This document shows positions 30,952 through 42,199 of a DNA stretch of 64,000 nucleotides, piece after piece (within the stretch, counting starts at the first letter, position 1; every line of letters starts with the position of its first letter). Made by a program: the position numbers and the translations under genes. The notes beneath the pieces were generated by a model. It worked only from the letters and a program-made list of their open reading frames with translations, was not told the DNA's origin and did no database searches. The stretch is from a bacterium (lineage in GTDB: Bacteria > Zhuqueibacterota > Zhuqueibacteria > Residuimicrobiales > Krinioviventaceae). The stretch lies in assembly GCA_963675755.2 (NCBI GenBank), contig CAXXMD010000002.1, forward strand, positions 1,408,001 through 1,472,000, written 5' to 3'.

Positions 30952-32386
30952 TTATTTAAGCTGTCCGGGTATACTAAAATCCTTAGAGGCATCATCCAGC
31001 ACCAGTACCCAGTCATTGCCTTCCGCTTTTTCACCCGGAGGATCAAAGCTATGGGTTCCACTATTATCGAGTTCGCCAATCAACTCGGCTTTTCCATCGC
31101 GGGGACTATACCACCATGCCTTTACCTTATCACCGGAAATTTTTCCCATTGCAACATCAAAGGTACGTCCTGTATAGGTATAAAAATACCGCATAACTGT
31201 TACCACGGGTTGCAATGACATAGTCATATTTTTCACCGTTTTCACCGGTAACCAGTGACTGATCAGGAACACGATCAAAATAAGGACGAGACAGGAACAA
31301 ATTCTTAACGTATTGCATTTGTCCTGCACCAGGATCATTTATAGCTTCATACCAGTATTCTTTAGCTCCATACGATGCTCTGGGGTATTCGGGTTTGTGC
31401 ATCTGCATGACCGAACTGTTTCCATAAGTATGCCCGCAAGCACCCGCACAAAGATCCCACCAGGCATAACGACGTACGTCTTTGGCTTCCCAAAATGGTT
31501 CATTGGGATCATGAAGTCCCTGTGGTATACCTTCATAAGAGGGTTCACCATCCAATGTAGGTTTGACAGGCTTTAAATCATAGTCATTTTTGACATATCG
31601 CCAGCTGTCTTCGCCCCAGGGATTGGAACCATCGTCGTTTTTGGTCATATCTTCTGTGACCGGATTGAAACATGTTAAAATCAAGCCAGGATTCATTATG
31701 GAACCAGGTTGACGAGTTTGTACGTCCAAACGGATGAAAAGTAACCAGATGGTTTGGATCTTTGGTTTTGAATATGGTTCCCATAGTATTCCATACATCC
31801 AAGCCATCTGAACCTTGAATGTCTCCACCGGTAATCCAGATAATATTGGGTTTATCTTTGTAACGTTCCACAAGAAAATTGGCATAAGATTCAATATTGC
31901 TCATATTGATCTTGCCGGATTTGACAATACTGCCCCAACTTGCAACCATACCAATATAGATATCGTTTTCCGCTGCCTTGTCTACAATATAATCCACATG
32001 GTCCCAGTAATCATAAGCTTTAGGATCTGCCGGATCGTCACCCGGGGTTACATTGGGTTTTGAAGGATCGACATCTATAAAAGCACTGTCGCCAAAAGTG
32101 TTAACCATAGGTAAACCATGCAGCACCATAATCTGAATGACATTATATCCTTTATCTCTGCGATTTGTAATAAAGGTATCTGCTTCAGCACGGTCCAGTC
32201 TGCGAAAGGTCAGCCATCCGGTATCTCCCAGCCAGAAAAACGGTTTGCCGTTTTCAAACTGTAAAAATCTTCCATTTTCTGAAACAACGAGTTTACCATT
32301 GTCCCAGGGTTTCATTTTGGTGGTTTGAGTAGCAGTACAACCCAACCAGCAATGCGAGGAACAACAACAAAAAGAGGTTTTTTCAT
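30952..32386 (-). CDS. GH140 apiosidase (DUF4038 plus putative collagen-binding domain, BT1012-like); frameshifted in this assembly
   Basis: PFFWLGDTGW, GYNVIQ, TFHPFGR, WLDFNMFQSGH, KPTLDGEPSYEGIPQGLH, GHTYG and GNDWVLVLDD occur across three ORF fragments. Removing single bases in homopolymers restores one frame and a lipobox. Confidence 0.85.
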
Positions 32387-32427
32387 CCCTTTACTCCTGT
32401 TTATATAAATTTGATTAATTCTCAACA

Positions 32428-34461
32428 TCAGTGATTAACCGGCAGCCATACCGACATATCGCCTTTGCCTCGGTTTCCCCCAGGCAAAATAAGGTACCAG
32501 GCTGATTTTCAATTCATCCGGAGAATTATCAGAAATAGGCCGATAAAGTCCATTCCATTCCGGCTCATTTACTGATAATGCCTGTCCTTCAAGACATACA
32601 ATGGTCTGTCTTTCAATTCTTTTGGCATTGGGTACCAGTTTAATATCCTCTGGCAGCAATATATCAGATACATTCACGCCCTTGGGCAGGTCAGCAGATT
32701 CCAGACAATATACAACCGGACCGCGTTGAACAGCGACCTGGTTGCGTGTTTCTTCAACCAGTGGATTGGCTTGCATGAGCGTTGCAGGCATGGGTAAATC
32801 CAATTCAATGCGGTCGCCCATTTTCCACTGACGTGTAATCTCGGCATAACTGGATGGTTCCAGTTTGGAATTCACAGGTTCTCCATTTACCAGAAGCGAT
32901 GCTCCTGCAGACCATCCCGGTATACGCAGCATGATGGAAACAGGTCCGGTTGGTGCTTTTTCAACAGAGATGTTAATTTTCCCCGTCCCATGGATAATCT
33001 GTTTTCTGTACCAACCGGATTTCTGATCCATTTTCTAATTCAGTATCAATTGTGTTAGCTCCATACAAATGCACCCCATACACCCTTATCGGATATACTG
33101 TATGCATAACTGTTTACCTCTGCGACTGTTCTGACCACATTTGGCGGACAGCAAAAGCAGGATATAATAAGGTTCACGTTCTCGTGACCAGCGCAATTCA
33201 AAAGGAGTGCGATGATCTACCCGCAAAGGATTGGTATAAAAATAATCTTTTCCATCCAGGCTGATGCTGGACAATACGCTGTTGTAAAGTGCAAGTTCAA
33301 GCACATCTGCAAAATCGAGCCTCGGCAGTCGCGTTCAGCATTCTCCAATTCCATAACACATTACCAATATTGGCACAAGTTTCATTATGTGCGGTTTCGT
33401 TATGCAGCTGAAATTCTCTGCCATACGCCTGGTGTACCTGCTGAATCTCGGGAGGGCTGTATGATGTACCATCCGGGGAGACGCCGTCATAAAGCGCACC
33501 GCAGCCACCGGTGATGTACATCTTTGTGCTGACCATATCGTGCCAGATCAAGTCCAGCGTATTTAACAGGGTTTCATCTCCGGTTTCCGCATAAACATCC
33601 GCAACACCGGCATAAAGATAATTCGCACGCACCGCATGCCCCTGGGCTTTGGTCTGCTGCCTGAACGGTACTCGGTCCTGGTTATGGTCGGTTCCGTTTT
33701 CTACATATTTACGGATCTCTATTAAATTTTCAGCCAGTTCCAGGTACCGGGGATCGCGTGTAGTGCGGTACATTTCAACAACACCCATATAATGAGAGGG
33801 ACAAAATGGCATTCCTTGCAAGCTCGGGGGGTTGAATTTTTATAAAAATCGTATAGAAAATCCGTTGCACGAACAGCAATATCTAACAGGCTCTTTTTTC
33901 CGGTCACACGATAATGTACACATGCGGCCGTCATGAGGTGCCCCATGTTATAGGTTTCAAAATGCAGCCGGTCTGCAAACTCGTTCACATCCGTTTGATG
34001 GTAGCGCTGCTTTATGATTACCGGAGTATGGATATATCCATCCTCGCGTTGGAGCATTTGGCGATGATTGGAATGAGTTCATCCATCAACTTTTCGATTT
34101 CTTTATCACTAGTAATGGCATAAACCGTAACAGCCGCTTCAAACCATTTATAAAAAGTCACCATCATGCCACGATGGCCCGTCATGTTCACACCCGTATG
34201 AAATACCGGCAGCAATCAGAAAATTTTCCCAATTGTGGCTTATATCCACATCTTTGAGAATATCCCACATGTGCGGTACCATAACATCACCTGCAAACCT
34301 GAAAACGTTCAGCCCCAAAACCCATCGGTCCAGGTGACATCATCCAGATCAACATTTTTCAACTTGACATTGGGACTGTTTTCCGTATTCAGCAATCCAT
34401 TACTTCCCGCCCAAAGCTGGAACGAGAAAACACATAATATATATACGATTATTTTTTTCAT
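32428..34461 (-). CDS. GH127 protein (aceric acid hydrolase BT1003-like / beta-L-arabinofuranosidase); frameshifted in this assembly
   Basis: Fragments carry FYKWFEA, DGYIHT, ETYNMGHL, CPSHYMG, GHAVRANYLYAG, HNETCANIGN, (S)CFCCPPN, LRIPGW, RGPVVYCLE and PYFAWG(NR). Confidence 0.85.
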
Positions 34462-34487
34462 ATATTTCAAACCTCCGATTTAAAAAA

Positions 34488-36068
34488 TCACTCCTGAATA
34501 CGGGTTAACCGCAGTGTGCCATATATGGCTTGTTCGGGAATTTGATTACCGAATGGTCTTTATCAATATAATTATAGCGGTTCAACATTTCAACTGTATA
34601 AACTTTATTTATGGGCGTAATAGTCATGTTCCACGTGTCTATCAATTCGGCTTTGAATTTCATGCCATTTTCCAGACCTTCATCCGGCAGCTTGAATTCC
34701 CATTCTTTCGGTGTGTGCTCTGCAAAATAATAGAGATAATATTCACCATATTTACCTGCCGCATTCAGCAGATAATAGTGGTCCAAAGGCTGTAAACCTT
34801 CCTGCGGACCCGACTCTACTATTTCACGCAAAAACCCGATACGCTCTGCACTGGTACCGCGTAATACACCGCCTTCAGAGATCCAGTCGATTTTGGATTC
34901 ATGCTCAATAGCTTCACCATGCGTAGCATAAGAACCACCGATATAGGCGATCCAGAAACGACGGGTCATTTCCTCACCGGAAAGCTGTCCCCATCTGCTT
35001 GCAATGTTGCCTTCGTAATTGATTTCATCATTCACCAGGGGGTTTGCCGTAAATATCACGCACCACCATACAAACACCAAAGTTACGTACCACATTATAA
35101 TATTGCAGACTGACATGGGTAACCCAGGGCTTTGTATAATCGTACAAATCACCTGCATTGTGTATAGAACGGAGATGATGATAGGGGTCCTTGTCTCTCA
35201 CGACCTTGAAGTAGTGGTCCCAGTCTTCAGCAGTTAAATGCCGTATAAAGCTGTTCTCGTTTGCCAGGCTCCACCAGACATTACTGTACGCTCCTAATCT
35301 GGCGATAACATAACGCAGATACCGGTCATTGGTCTCCCGGTCCATTGTATCGAATCCAAACTTTCCATTATCATAAGGTCTGAACAGGATCACATCCGCT
35401 TCAATACCCAATTCACGCAGGCGTTCTACATTTTTTTCAAATGCTTTAAAAAATGTAGTGTTAAAACGAGAGAAATCCCATTTATTTTCCGGTTCTCCTT
35501 CAAATGGAAATTCTTTGATTGCTCGGGGACCCTCTACATAATCCTCAGTATAATTAGGTAATACCAGAAAACGTACCTTGTTAAAAGGAGAATTCTTTAA
35601 CGTTTCAAGGGTCTGGTTCTGCAGTTCAGGGGATTCAAAACACCACTGGTAACAGGTAGTGCCGAATGGAAAGTATGGCTTGCCATCCGCATAAGCAAAA
35701 TGATACTTGTTCCGCACAACAACGGGACCATGACTATCTGATTTGGGGGCAATACAGGTAAATTCACCTGTCAGGTCATCCAGTTCTTTTTTATTACTGT
35801 GGGTCTTGAATGTCCATTCCCCTTCCAGATTAGGCATAAATCGTATTCTAAAAATGCCTTCTCCATCGTAAAAGCCTTCCGGCTCATATACAGCATGGGT
35901 AGAATCACTGTGATGGAATTCTGCGCTAAAGGTAATACCGATAAAGGGGTTGCCATAATCTGGACCATTAAATTCAGCTTCAAAAACATCCCATTTTTCA
36001 ACTTGCTGCTTCTGTGCTAAAAGTAAGCTTGAAAACAGCAGAATAACCAATACGAGTATCTTTTTCAT
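34488..36068 (-). CDS. DUF5060/DUF4038/DUF5605 protein (apiosidase-like GH fold); frameshifted in this assembly
   Basis: VEKWDVFE, GFYDG.G...RFMP, PFGTTCY, PFNKVR, WWSLANE, SIHN, DEINYEGNI..RWG, YATHGE and IDTWNMT. An extra C at ~35040 and a CA duplication at ~34515 break the frame. Confidence 0.75.
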
Positions 36069-36835
36069 TCTAATTCTCCGGGATCAGTTGTTACCAGCCA
36101 TTTGGCAAGTGACAAATTTTGTTTTTTAATATCTTTTGCAAACAGACCTGCCATTTCAATAGCGCCATATTCACAAAAGTGTGTATCATCCTGTTTTCCA
36201 TCCGGACAGCAGGGAAACGCATCCGGCCCGAACCATAGAAATAACTCTTTTGAACCTTCAGGACCTTTGGATACAATTAATTCTTTACTCAATACGTGCA
36301 TATCTACCAGCGGAACTTGCTGCTCTTTAGCAGTCAGACGTACCGCATCCGGATATTCGCCATGTGTATCAAAAAATTTACCGTTCTCATCAAATCGTCT
36401 GCGCATTATAGGCGTACAAAGAATGGGTTTTGCTCCCTTTTCTCTGCTCTTTGCTATAAACATTTCCAGATTGGCTTTATAGGTACCAAAAGGTGTTGTA
36501 TAGCGTGTTGAATCATAATCTTTTTCATCATTATGACCAAACTGGATTATCAAAAAATCACCCGCCTTGATCGAATCCAGCACTGTCTGCCAGCGTCCTT
36601 CATCAATAAAGCTTTTAGAACTTCTTCCGTTTACGGAATGGTTATCAATAGTCGCGTATTCATTAAAATATCGCGGCAGGAGCTGTCCCCATCCACGTTC
36701 AGGATTACCGGTATCCAGGGGTTTGTCTGCCATGGTAGAATCGCCAATCATGTAAACGGTTACCGGTTTGTTGGTATTACAGGAAATGATAACCATGCTG
36801 AAAACCATCAGTAAAAAAAGAATGTGATTTTTCAT
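36065..36835 (-). CDS. CE12 rhamnogalacturonan acetylesterase (GDSL/SGNH), lipoprotein
   Basis: IGDSTMA, GWGQ, GRSSKSF..EGRW, IQFGHNDEK and D.TH; lipobox IISC. Confidence 0.92.
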   Translation of the reverse strand: MKNHILFLLMVFSMVIISCNTNKPVTVYMIGDSTMADKPLDTGNPERGWGQLLPRYFNEYATIDNHSVNGRSSKSFIDEGRWQTVLDSIKAGDFLIIQFGHNDEKDYDSTRYTTPFGTYKANLEMFIAKSREKGAKPILCTPIMRRRFDENGKFFDTHGEYPDAVRLTAKEQQVPLVDMHVLSKELIVSKGPEGSKELFLWFGPDAFPCCPDGKQDDTHFCEYGAIEMAGLFAKDIKKQNLSLAKWLVTTDPGELE

Positions 36836-36905
36836 AACAATACCTTAATTAATACACGTTTTGGATGAATTCATATTATCAACGTTTAATGAACTAGCCA
36901 TACAC

Positions 36906-39614
36906 TTAATGGGATACAATTCGTTTAGCATCCCGCTTTAATACTTTGCGGGCCATTGGAACAGCACCTAAAATAATATAGCTTCCTTTTCCTATCATTT
37001 CCACATCATACACACCAGGTTCATATTCAAAATTATGAACATCAAGAGCTGGCAGTTCTGAAATAATAGCTGCATTTCTTACTCGTGGTGCAAAGCCGCC
37101 ACGCTCATTAGCTCGTGCTTCAAAATCCGGATTAGGGACCTGCAGCCATTTGGGGTCTTTGCTCTTGAAATACCCTACCAGTAATCGTAATGGCTCATTC
37201 ACTTTTAAACGAAAGGTCATGACATCATGTTGGGCCTGCTTGTTGGAAAACCGGATTCCTTTTAATCCAATAAACTCGGGAGCTATGTCTCGAATTTCAA
37301 AATCTTCATCCGTAAACACTCTGGCGCCCATTTCTACAGTATAGTACTCGCCATTGTCAGACAATAACTCGTAATCTGCATTGGGATAGGGTTCCATATC
37401 TTTATCCGCAAATCGCAAGTTCGGATCTACCTTGCCGGATTCCAGATCAGACACATATTTTTTAAATCCTGCCAGTTCTTCTTCGTACAGGGGCAGCACC
37501 TGGGTCCAATGATAATTATAAGGAGTACCGTCAACCTCACCGGGAAATGGTATGCGTCGATGATAGGTCAACATGCTTTGGGCCATATTATAGGTATCCC
37601 GGGTTCTATCGGTCAGTTCTTTGAAATATTCCAGACTTTTGGCCAGATTCGTCTCAGCAGATTGCAAATCATGAATATCGTTTGAAAAATCATATCGCAA
37701 TACATCCATTGCGGCTTTAACTTTGTAATAATAATTCCAGGAAAGCAATTGAATACAAATAATATCATTTTCGTACCGTTCAAACTCGGCTTTATTTAGA
37801 GTAACATATTCTTCAGCTTGTTGTATAGAATTCACTGCCCTGTCTGCAAAATCCACTGCATCATGTATCACAGAAGGCGGCGTTTCGCCAACATGGGGTT
37901 GCTTGTTCCACTCTTTGTCAGCATATTCCTGCAATCGTTCTCCGGGAGGTGCTTGAGAAAGCCATAAATCCGGAAACGGGCTGTACGGCTCAGGATTCGC
38001 CAACTGGTCCAATGTCATACCCAGAGAAAAGGTTTGCCGATTCCCCTCGGTAATTCCAAACCGTCGCAGCAGCATAGGCGCACATTCGCCGGCATCATTC
38101 AAAGCATTGAGAATATATGTTGCCGCTTGTTCACTGCCAAACTGCTGAGTTAAGCGATCAATCCAATATGTCCTCTCACCCGCTTCATCCCGCCACGGAT
38201 CCCAGGCATAACGGGCCCAGGCCTCAAACCACATCCAGTCACGTTCATATTGCAGCAGCTGTGGTGTTGCCTTGTCCCCGGCGTATGGCCAGTTCCAATA
38301 AAATAATGGATAGAGATGGAGTCCCTGAGCTTCCAACCGTTCTTCCATAGCCTGTACGCTTTTTTGAATAAAACGCTGCGCACCATATCGAAACGGTTCC
38401 AGATTTGCCAATATATGTACATTCACAACATGCTGCGAACCCAGCCGGCTCATATCTAAATGTACCTGCCGCCAGGGACCGCGTGGCTCGGTTGTGGTCA
38501 GCGATTCACCATTATATTTTGCCATGGTATAGAGATTTTTATACAGAGGTAATGCCGCTTCCATAATCGCTTTGGGATCCGTTGCATGCGCGCGCAATAC
38601 AATGGGAGGCTCTTCTGATTTCCCCAAAGCTTTTAATCCATCCTGCACTCCGGGAATAATGACTTTTGTAAACCATTCAACCTGGTTTTCGGTACCGCGG
38701 AGTGCTTCACCCAGACAAACCAGTAATCCTACATTGGGATATTTTTCCACAAATGCGGCAATGGATTTACGATTATAATCAGACACCAGTGGACTGGGCT
38801 CCCGGTGCTGGGTATCAATATTGTGCCTTTCGGCAAAGGGTTGTGATACAAATATATTATAAAACATTTGAATAATCCAGATACCGCGCTTGTCCGCTTC
38901 CGTTGTGATGTATTCAAACATTTCCACATTTTTTTCAAAAACCGCATCAGACACTTCAATTGCATATGGATATGCTTTTAATTTCACCAATGAAGCAAAG
39001 GGATGTCCATTCCACAAATAAAGTGTATTCAGCCGGTTGTCCACCATCAAATCCAGATACTCTTTCCAAAAGGATTTATCATAGAAAAACGGAAAATTGT
39101 CAGGTGTATAAGGATATTCATACATTTTGCGACCGGGCAGTATTTTGGGTTTTTGCATACCAATCACAGTACCGCGAAGCACCATACTGGGCTGGTCTGT
39201 TACATCCAGATCGGTTGGCAAAGCTCCTGAGGTTTTAATACGGTCTGCCAACTCGAGGCAACCATACAACACCCCTGAGGGATCCGCTCCAATCACATAA
39301 ATCCTATCTTTATCGGATTTGAGTACAAATCCTTCCTTGCCGATCTCAATTTGTGATATTGCATCATTTCCACCTGGTAACTGTGAATTATTTCGAGTAC
39401 CAATTATAATAATTTTATCTTTGTACGCTTGGTTACCCATGCTGGAGATACTTGCTTCATAATCCAACGCTTGCAATATGTTTGTAATTTTCTCAACACC
39501 AAAGGCAATGCGGGGTACATGTTTTTGGGGAGATACTATTGTTACAGATTCTGCAGAATAACTGACTGTAACAGCCAATAGCAAAATCAACAATATTTTG
39601 GATTTATAAAACAT
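36906..39614 (-). CDS. GH138 alpha-galacturonidase (BT0997-like)
   Basis: Signal peptide; G.LYGCLEL, LRG..IG.QK...LPGR..YEYPYTP..FP.FYDK, LYLWNGHPFASL, KYNGESLTT, NVHILANLEPFRYG and FGITEGNRQT match recalled BT0997. Confidence 0.85.
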   Translation of the reverse strand: MFYKSKILLILLLAVTVSYSAESVTIVSPQKHVPRIAFGVEKITNILQALDYEASISSMGNQAYKDKIIIIGTRNNSQLPGGNDAISQIEIGKEGFVLKSDKDRIYVIGADPSGVLYGCLELADRIKTSGALPTDLDVTDQPSMVLRGTVIGMQKPKILPGRKMYEYPYTPDNFPFFYDKSFWKEYLDLMVDNRLNTLYLWNGHPFASLVKLKAYPYAIEVSDAVFEKNVEMFEYITTEADKRGIWIIQMFYNIFVSQPFAERHNIDTQHREPSPLVSDYNRKSIAAFVEKYPNVGLLVCLGEALRGTENQVEWFTKVIIPGVQDGLKALGKSEEPPIVLRAHATDPKAIMEAALPLYKNLYTMAKYNGESLTTTEPRGPWRQVHLDMSRLGSQHVVNVHILANLEPFRYGAQRFIQKSVQAMEERLEAQGLHLYPLFYWNWPYAGDKATPQLLQYERDWMWFEAWARYAWDPWRDEAGERTYWIDRLTQQFGSEQAATYILNALNDAGECAPMLLRRFGITEGNRQTFSLGMTLDQLANPEPYSPFPDLWLSQAPPGERLQEYADKEWNKQPHVGETPPSVIHDAVDFADRAVNSIQQAEEYVTLNKAEFERYENDIICIQLLSWNYYYKVKAAMDVLRYDFSNDIHDLQSAETNLAKSLEYFKELTDRTRDTYNMAQSMLTYHRRIPFPGEVDGTPYNYHWTQVLPLYEEELAGFKKYVSDLESGKVDPNLRFADKDMEPYPNADYELLSDNGEYYTVEMGARVFTDEDFEIRDIAPEFIGLKGIRFSNKQAQHDVMTFRLKVNEPLRLLVGYFKSKDPKWLQVPNPDFEARANERGGFAPRVRNAAIISELPALDVHNFEYEPGVYDVEMIGKGSYIILGAVPMARKVLKRDAKRIVSH

Positions 39615-39678
39615 AAAACCTCAACTCCTTAAACATACGCTAAAATTATCACACTGGAAATCATTTATCAATTTGCAC

Positions 39679-42162
39679 CTATTTATATGCCGGCTGTAAC
39701 GTTTTAAATGCTTTCAGCGATACCGGACCTTCTGACGGCCACTTGCCATCGGGCATCGAGATGGTTACCAAAGATTCGGGATCCAGCACAACATGTTTGA
39801 TCCGTTCGCGGTGCCAGGTATATACAATATGTACCAAACCGTCACTGGATTGGATGACTGACGGATAAGAAAACTGCTTGCCATAGTCGTCAAGATAATC
39901 GAGGATCATGGCAGCTTCCCAATTGATGCCGTCCAGACTTGTTGCAACATTTAATATTCCACGGCCTTTACGTCCCATACCCGGTTGGTTGCGTGTAGAA
40001 TGGTTATAAACGAGCAATTGCCGTCCATCTTTTAATGTTACACCATCAAGTCCTGAATTATTGTTAGGCATGCCTAAGGTATCCAGAGGTGTCCAGGTAA
40101 GACCTTTATCCTCTGACCAGCTTTCGCCGATAAAACCATGTTTGGAACTGGTCCGGCATAGCAACTGAATACGTCCGTCAGGATAAGTTAAAAGCGTTGG
40201 CTGAATAGCTCCAAATCCATCTTTTGGCAAGATGGGGCCAATGAACGACCAGGTTTTTCCATTGTCCGTGCTGCGCTCAACATGCACACGCCACCCGTTT
40301 TCATCTTCAATGCTTGAAGGAGACAAGATGGTACCATCCGCAAGTTGAATGGGTTTATTCTTGACCGCACCAATAAAATCATCGCCCACTTTATGGGCTT
40401 TACTCCATGTATAGCCGCCATCGCTCGAGGTTTTAACGCGTCCCATGAATTCGGTTTCAGGTATAAAGACTTTGTAAAAAAGCATTATATCTCCGCCTTT
40501 GGGCTGAAACAATACGGGATTCCCGGTAGCCATGCGTTCGCCACCTTCATCTCCATCAGCAACACTCACGGGCGCAGACCAGGCACCTCCGGGAGCTTTG
40601 CGAGACATCCAGATTTCAACATCAGGATTTCCTTCTCCTGAACCTGCAAAATAAACACACAACAGTTCACCGTTATCCAGCTCCAGTATAGATGAGGAAT
40701 GGCAAGAACGGAAAGGACGCGAATCACCAAAGACAAATTCTTCTAATTCTAATCCCGGACGTTCTGTTAAATTTGTATAATCAGCAAATATAGCCGGATC
40801 CGTGTTATTGAGATACTCTTCAAGGTTGGTATAGCCATCCCCATCTTTGTCCATATTTCCATCAGACGCATCCTGGGGATCAAAGCCCATTTCTTTTTCC
40901 CATGCATCCGGCATACCGTCCTGGTCACTGTCAGCAGGAGCCTTGGTGGATACGAGTTCGGGCCAGCCGCCAACATCATCCTGACTTTTAATGATCTGGC
41001 CGGTACGGTTTTTAACGGAATTTACTATGCGTATATCCACAGCATCCCGTTTCGGCAGGATTGCACCTCCATCCTGCAAAACGCGTTTAAATGCCTCGGG
41101 TGCATCCAAATGTTTTACCGGGCCGGTTTCAAAGGGTTGATCTTTTTTATAATTACGAATATCATTATCAGACCAGGATTCCCGCCATCTCAACAAACTC
41201 CACTGGTCCTCAACGAGTTGGCCGTCATAATAATTCTCGGCAAAATAAGAGCGATTGTAAGGTGAACCGGTAGAATAAGCGATACCATTATTGACTGAAT
41301 TTGAACCGGGTATTAGATAATTTCCCACATAGTTCAAACGTGTAATGCTTATTGCGTCATTGCTATATCCTGCATAATCACCGCCCCAGTTATAGATTAC
41401 ATTGTTTCTGAAATCAAGCAAAAATCCATCAGAGTCTTTGAAATAGGGATTATCATCATAATTGCCCGGACGCGGATTACGACCGCGATTGTGCGCGTAA
41501 AGATTGTACAGATAACTGAACTTTGCACCACCCGAGCCGCGGATCAGGGAACCAAAGCCGTGATTGTCGGGATTCAATCCCTCGGTAATGAAACACCATT
41601 GAACCGTGATTCTTGTCATATTGGGATAATGGGTAGAGGCAGACAAGGCTTCATCCAGACTCCAGCTTGCGGAACAGTGATCAATGATAATGTCCCAGCC
41701 TTTAGACACACTGATTGCATCTTTTCCCTGAAGACTGCCGATCCCATGCAGGGAATCACCCAGACGACATCGGATGTAACGAATAATAACATTATGTGTA
41801 GCCACATCAAGGGTTTCACCTTTAATACAAATGCCATCGCCCGGTGCGGTTTGTCCGGCAATGGTGATGTATGGATTTACAATATCAAGTTTACTTTTGA
41901 TCTCAATGATACCAGAGATATCGAATACAACTGTACGTCGGCCATTTTGTTCTACAGCCCATCGCAGGCTTCCGGGGCCATCATCATTGAGGTTGGTTAC
42001 ATGAAGAACTTTACCACCGCGTCCGCCTTTGGCATATGCGCCAAAACCTTCAGCACCGGGAAAAGCAAGAATTTCTTTCACTTCTGCTGACAAGCTTGAT
42101 GTTATCAGAAAAAAAGAAACAGTAAACAGCATGCTCAATCGTATCAAAATATTCTTTTTCAA
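39679..42162 (-). CDS. Fusion of a PL1 pectate lyase (N-terminal) and a GH33 sialidase-like Kdo hydrolase (C-terminal)
   Basis: N-terminal: AFPGAEGFG..AKGGRGG, GSLRWA, TIAGQTAPG, IIDHCS.SW..DE, RNPR and DxDxDG Ca loops. C-terminal: CH.S, NPVLF, Asp-boxes (SSDGGYTW, STDNGKTW, SEDKGLTW), KNKP, IQP, PNNNSG.D and SYPS.IQ. Likely TTG start at 42162. Confidence 0.85.
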   Translation of the reverse strand: MKKNILIRLSMLFTVSFFLITSSLSAEVKEILAFPGAEGFGAYAKGGRGGKVLHVTNLNDDGPGSLRWAVEQNGRRTVVFDISGIIEIKSKLDIVNPYITIAGQTAPGDGICIKGETLDVATHNVIIRYIRCRLGDSLHGIGSLQGKDAISVSKGWDIIIDHCSASWSLDEALSASTHYPNMTRITVQWCFITEGLNPDNHGFGSLIRGSGGAKFSYLYNLYAHNRGRNPRPGNYDDNPYFKDSDGFLLDFRNNVIYNWGGDYAGYSNDAISITRLNYVGNYLIPGSNSVNNGIAYSTGSPYNRSYFAENYYDGQLVEDQWSLLRWRESWSDNDIRNYKKDQPFETGPVKHLDAPEAFKRVLQDGGAILPKRDAVDIRIVNSVKNRTGQIIKSQDDVGGWPELVSTKAPADSDQDGMPDAWEKEMGFDPQDASDGNMDKDGDGYTNLEEYLNNTDPAIFADYTNLTERPGLELEEFVFGDSRPFRSCHSSSILELDNGELLCVYFAGSGEGNPDVEIWMSRKAPGGAWSAPVSVADGDEGGERMATGNPVLFQPKGGDIMLFYKVFIPETEFMGRVKTSSDGGYTWSKAHKVGDDFIGAVKNKPIQLADGTILSPSSIEDENGWRVHVERSTDNGKTWSFIGPILPKDGFGAIQPTLLTYPDGRIQLLCRTSSKHGFIGESWSEDKGLTWTPLDTLGMPNNNSGLDGVTLKDGRQLLVYNHSTRNQPGMGRKGRGILNVATSLDGINWEAAMILDYLDDYGKQFSYPSVIQSSDGLVHIVYTWHRERIKHVVLDPESLVTISMPDGKWPSEGPVSLKAFKTLQPAYK

Positions 42163-42199
42163 ATTCCCATCTCCCAAAAAGTAAACATCAACTTTAATC

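Noticed and set aside
30952-36068. Calling GH140, GH127 and the DUF5060 gene pseudogenes or programmed frameshifts
   Set aside because: The resolved lesions are short insertions in homopolymers or dinucleotides confined to one patch, with motifs intact. Sequencing error is the simpler explanation.
39679-40770. Host sialic-acid scavenging by the sialidase-like domain
   Set aside because: No nanE/nanK/nagA genes are present. The domain resembles the recalled Kdo-releasing GH33 of BT1013 and is fused to a pectate lyase.
40800-40940. DxDxDG repeats as a separate adhesin or thrombospondin gene
   Set aside because: They are the usual Ca-binding tail of this PL1 subgroup, in frame within the fusion ORF.
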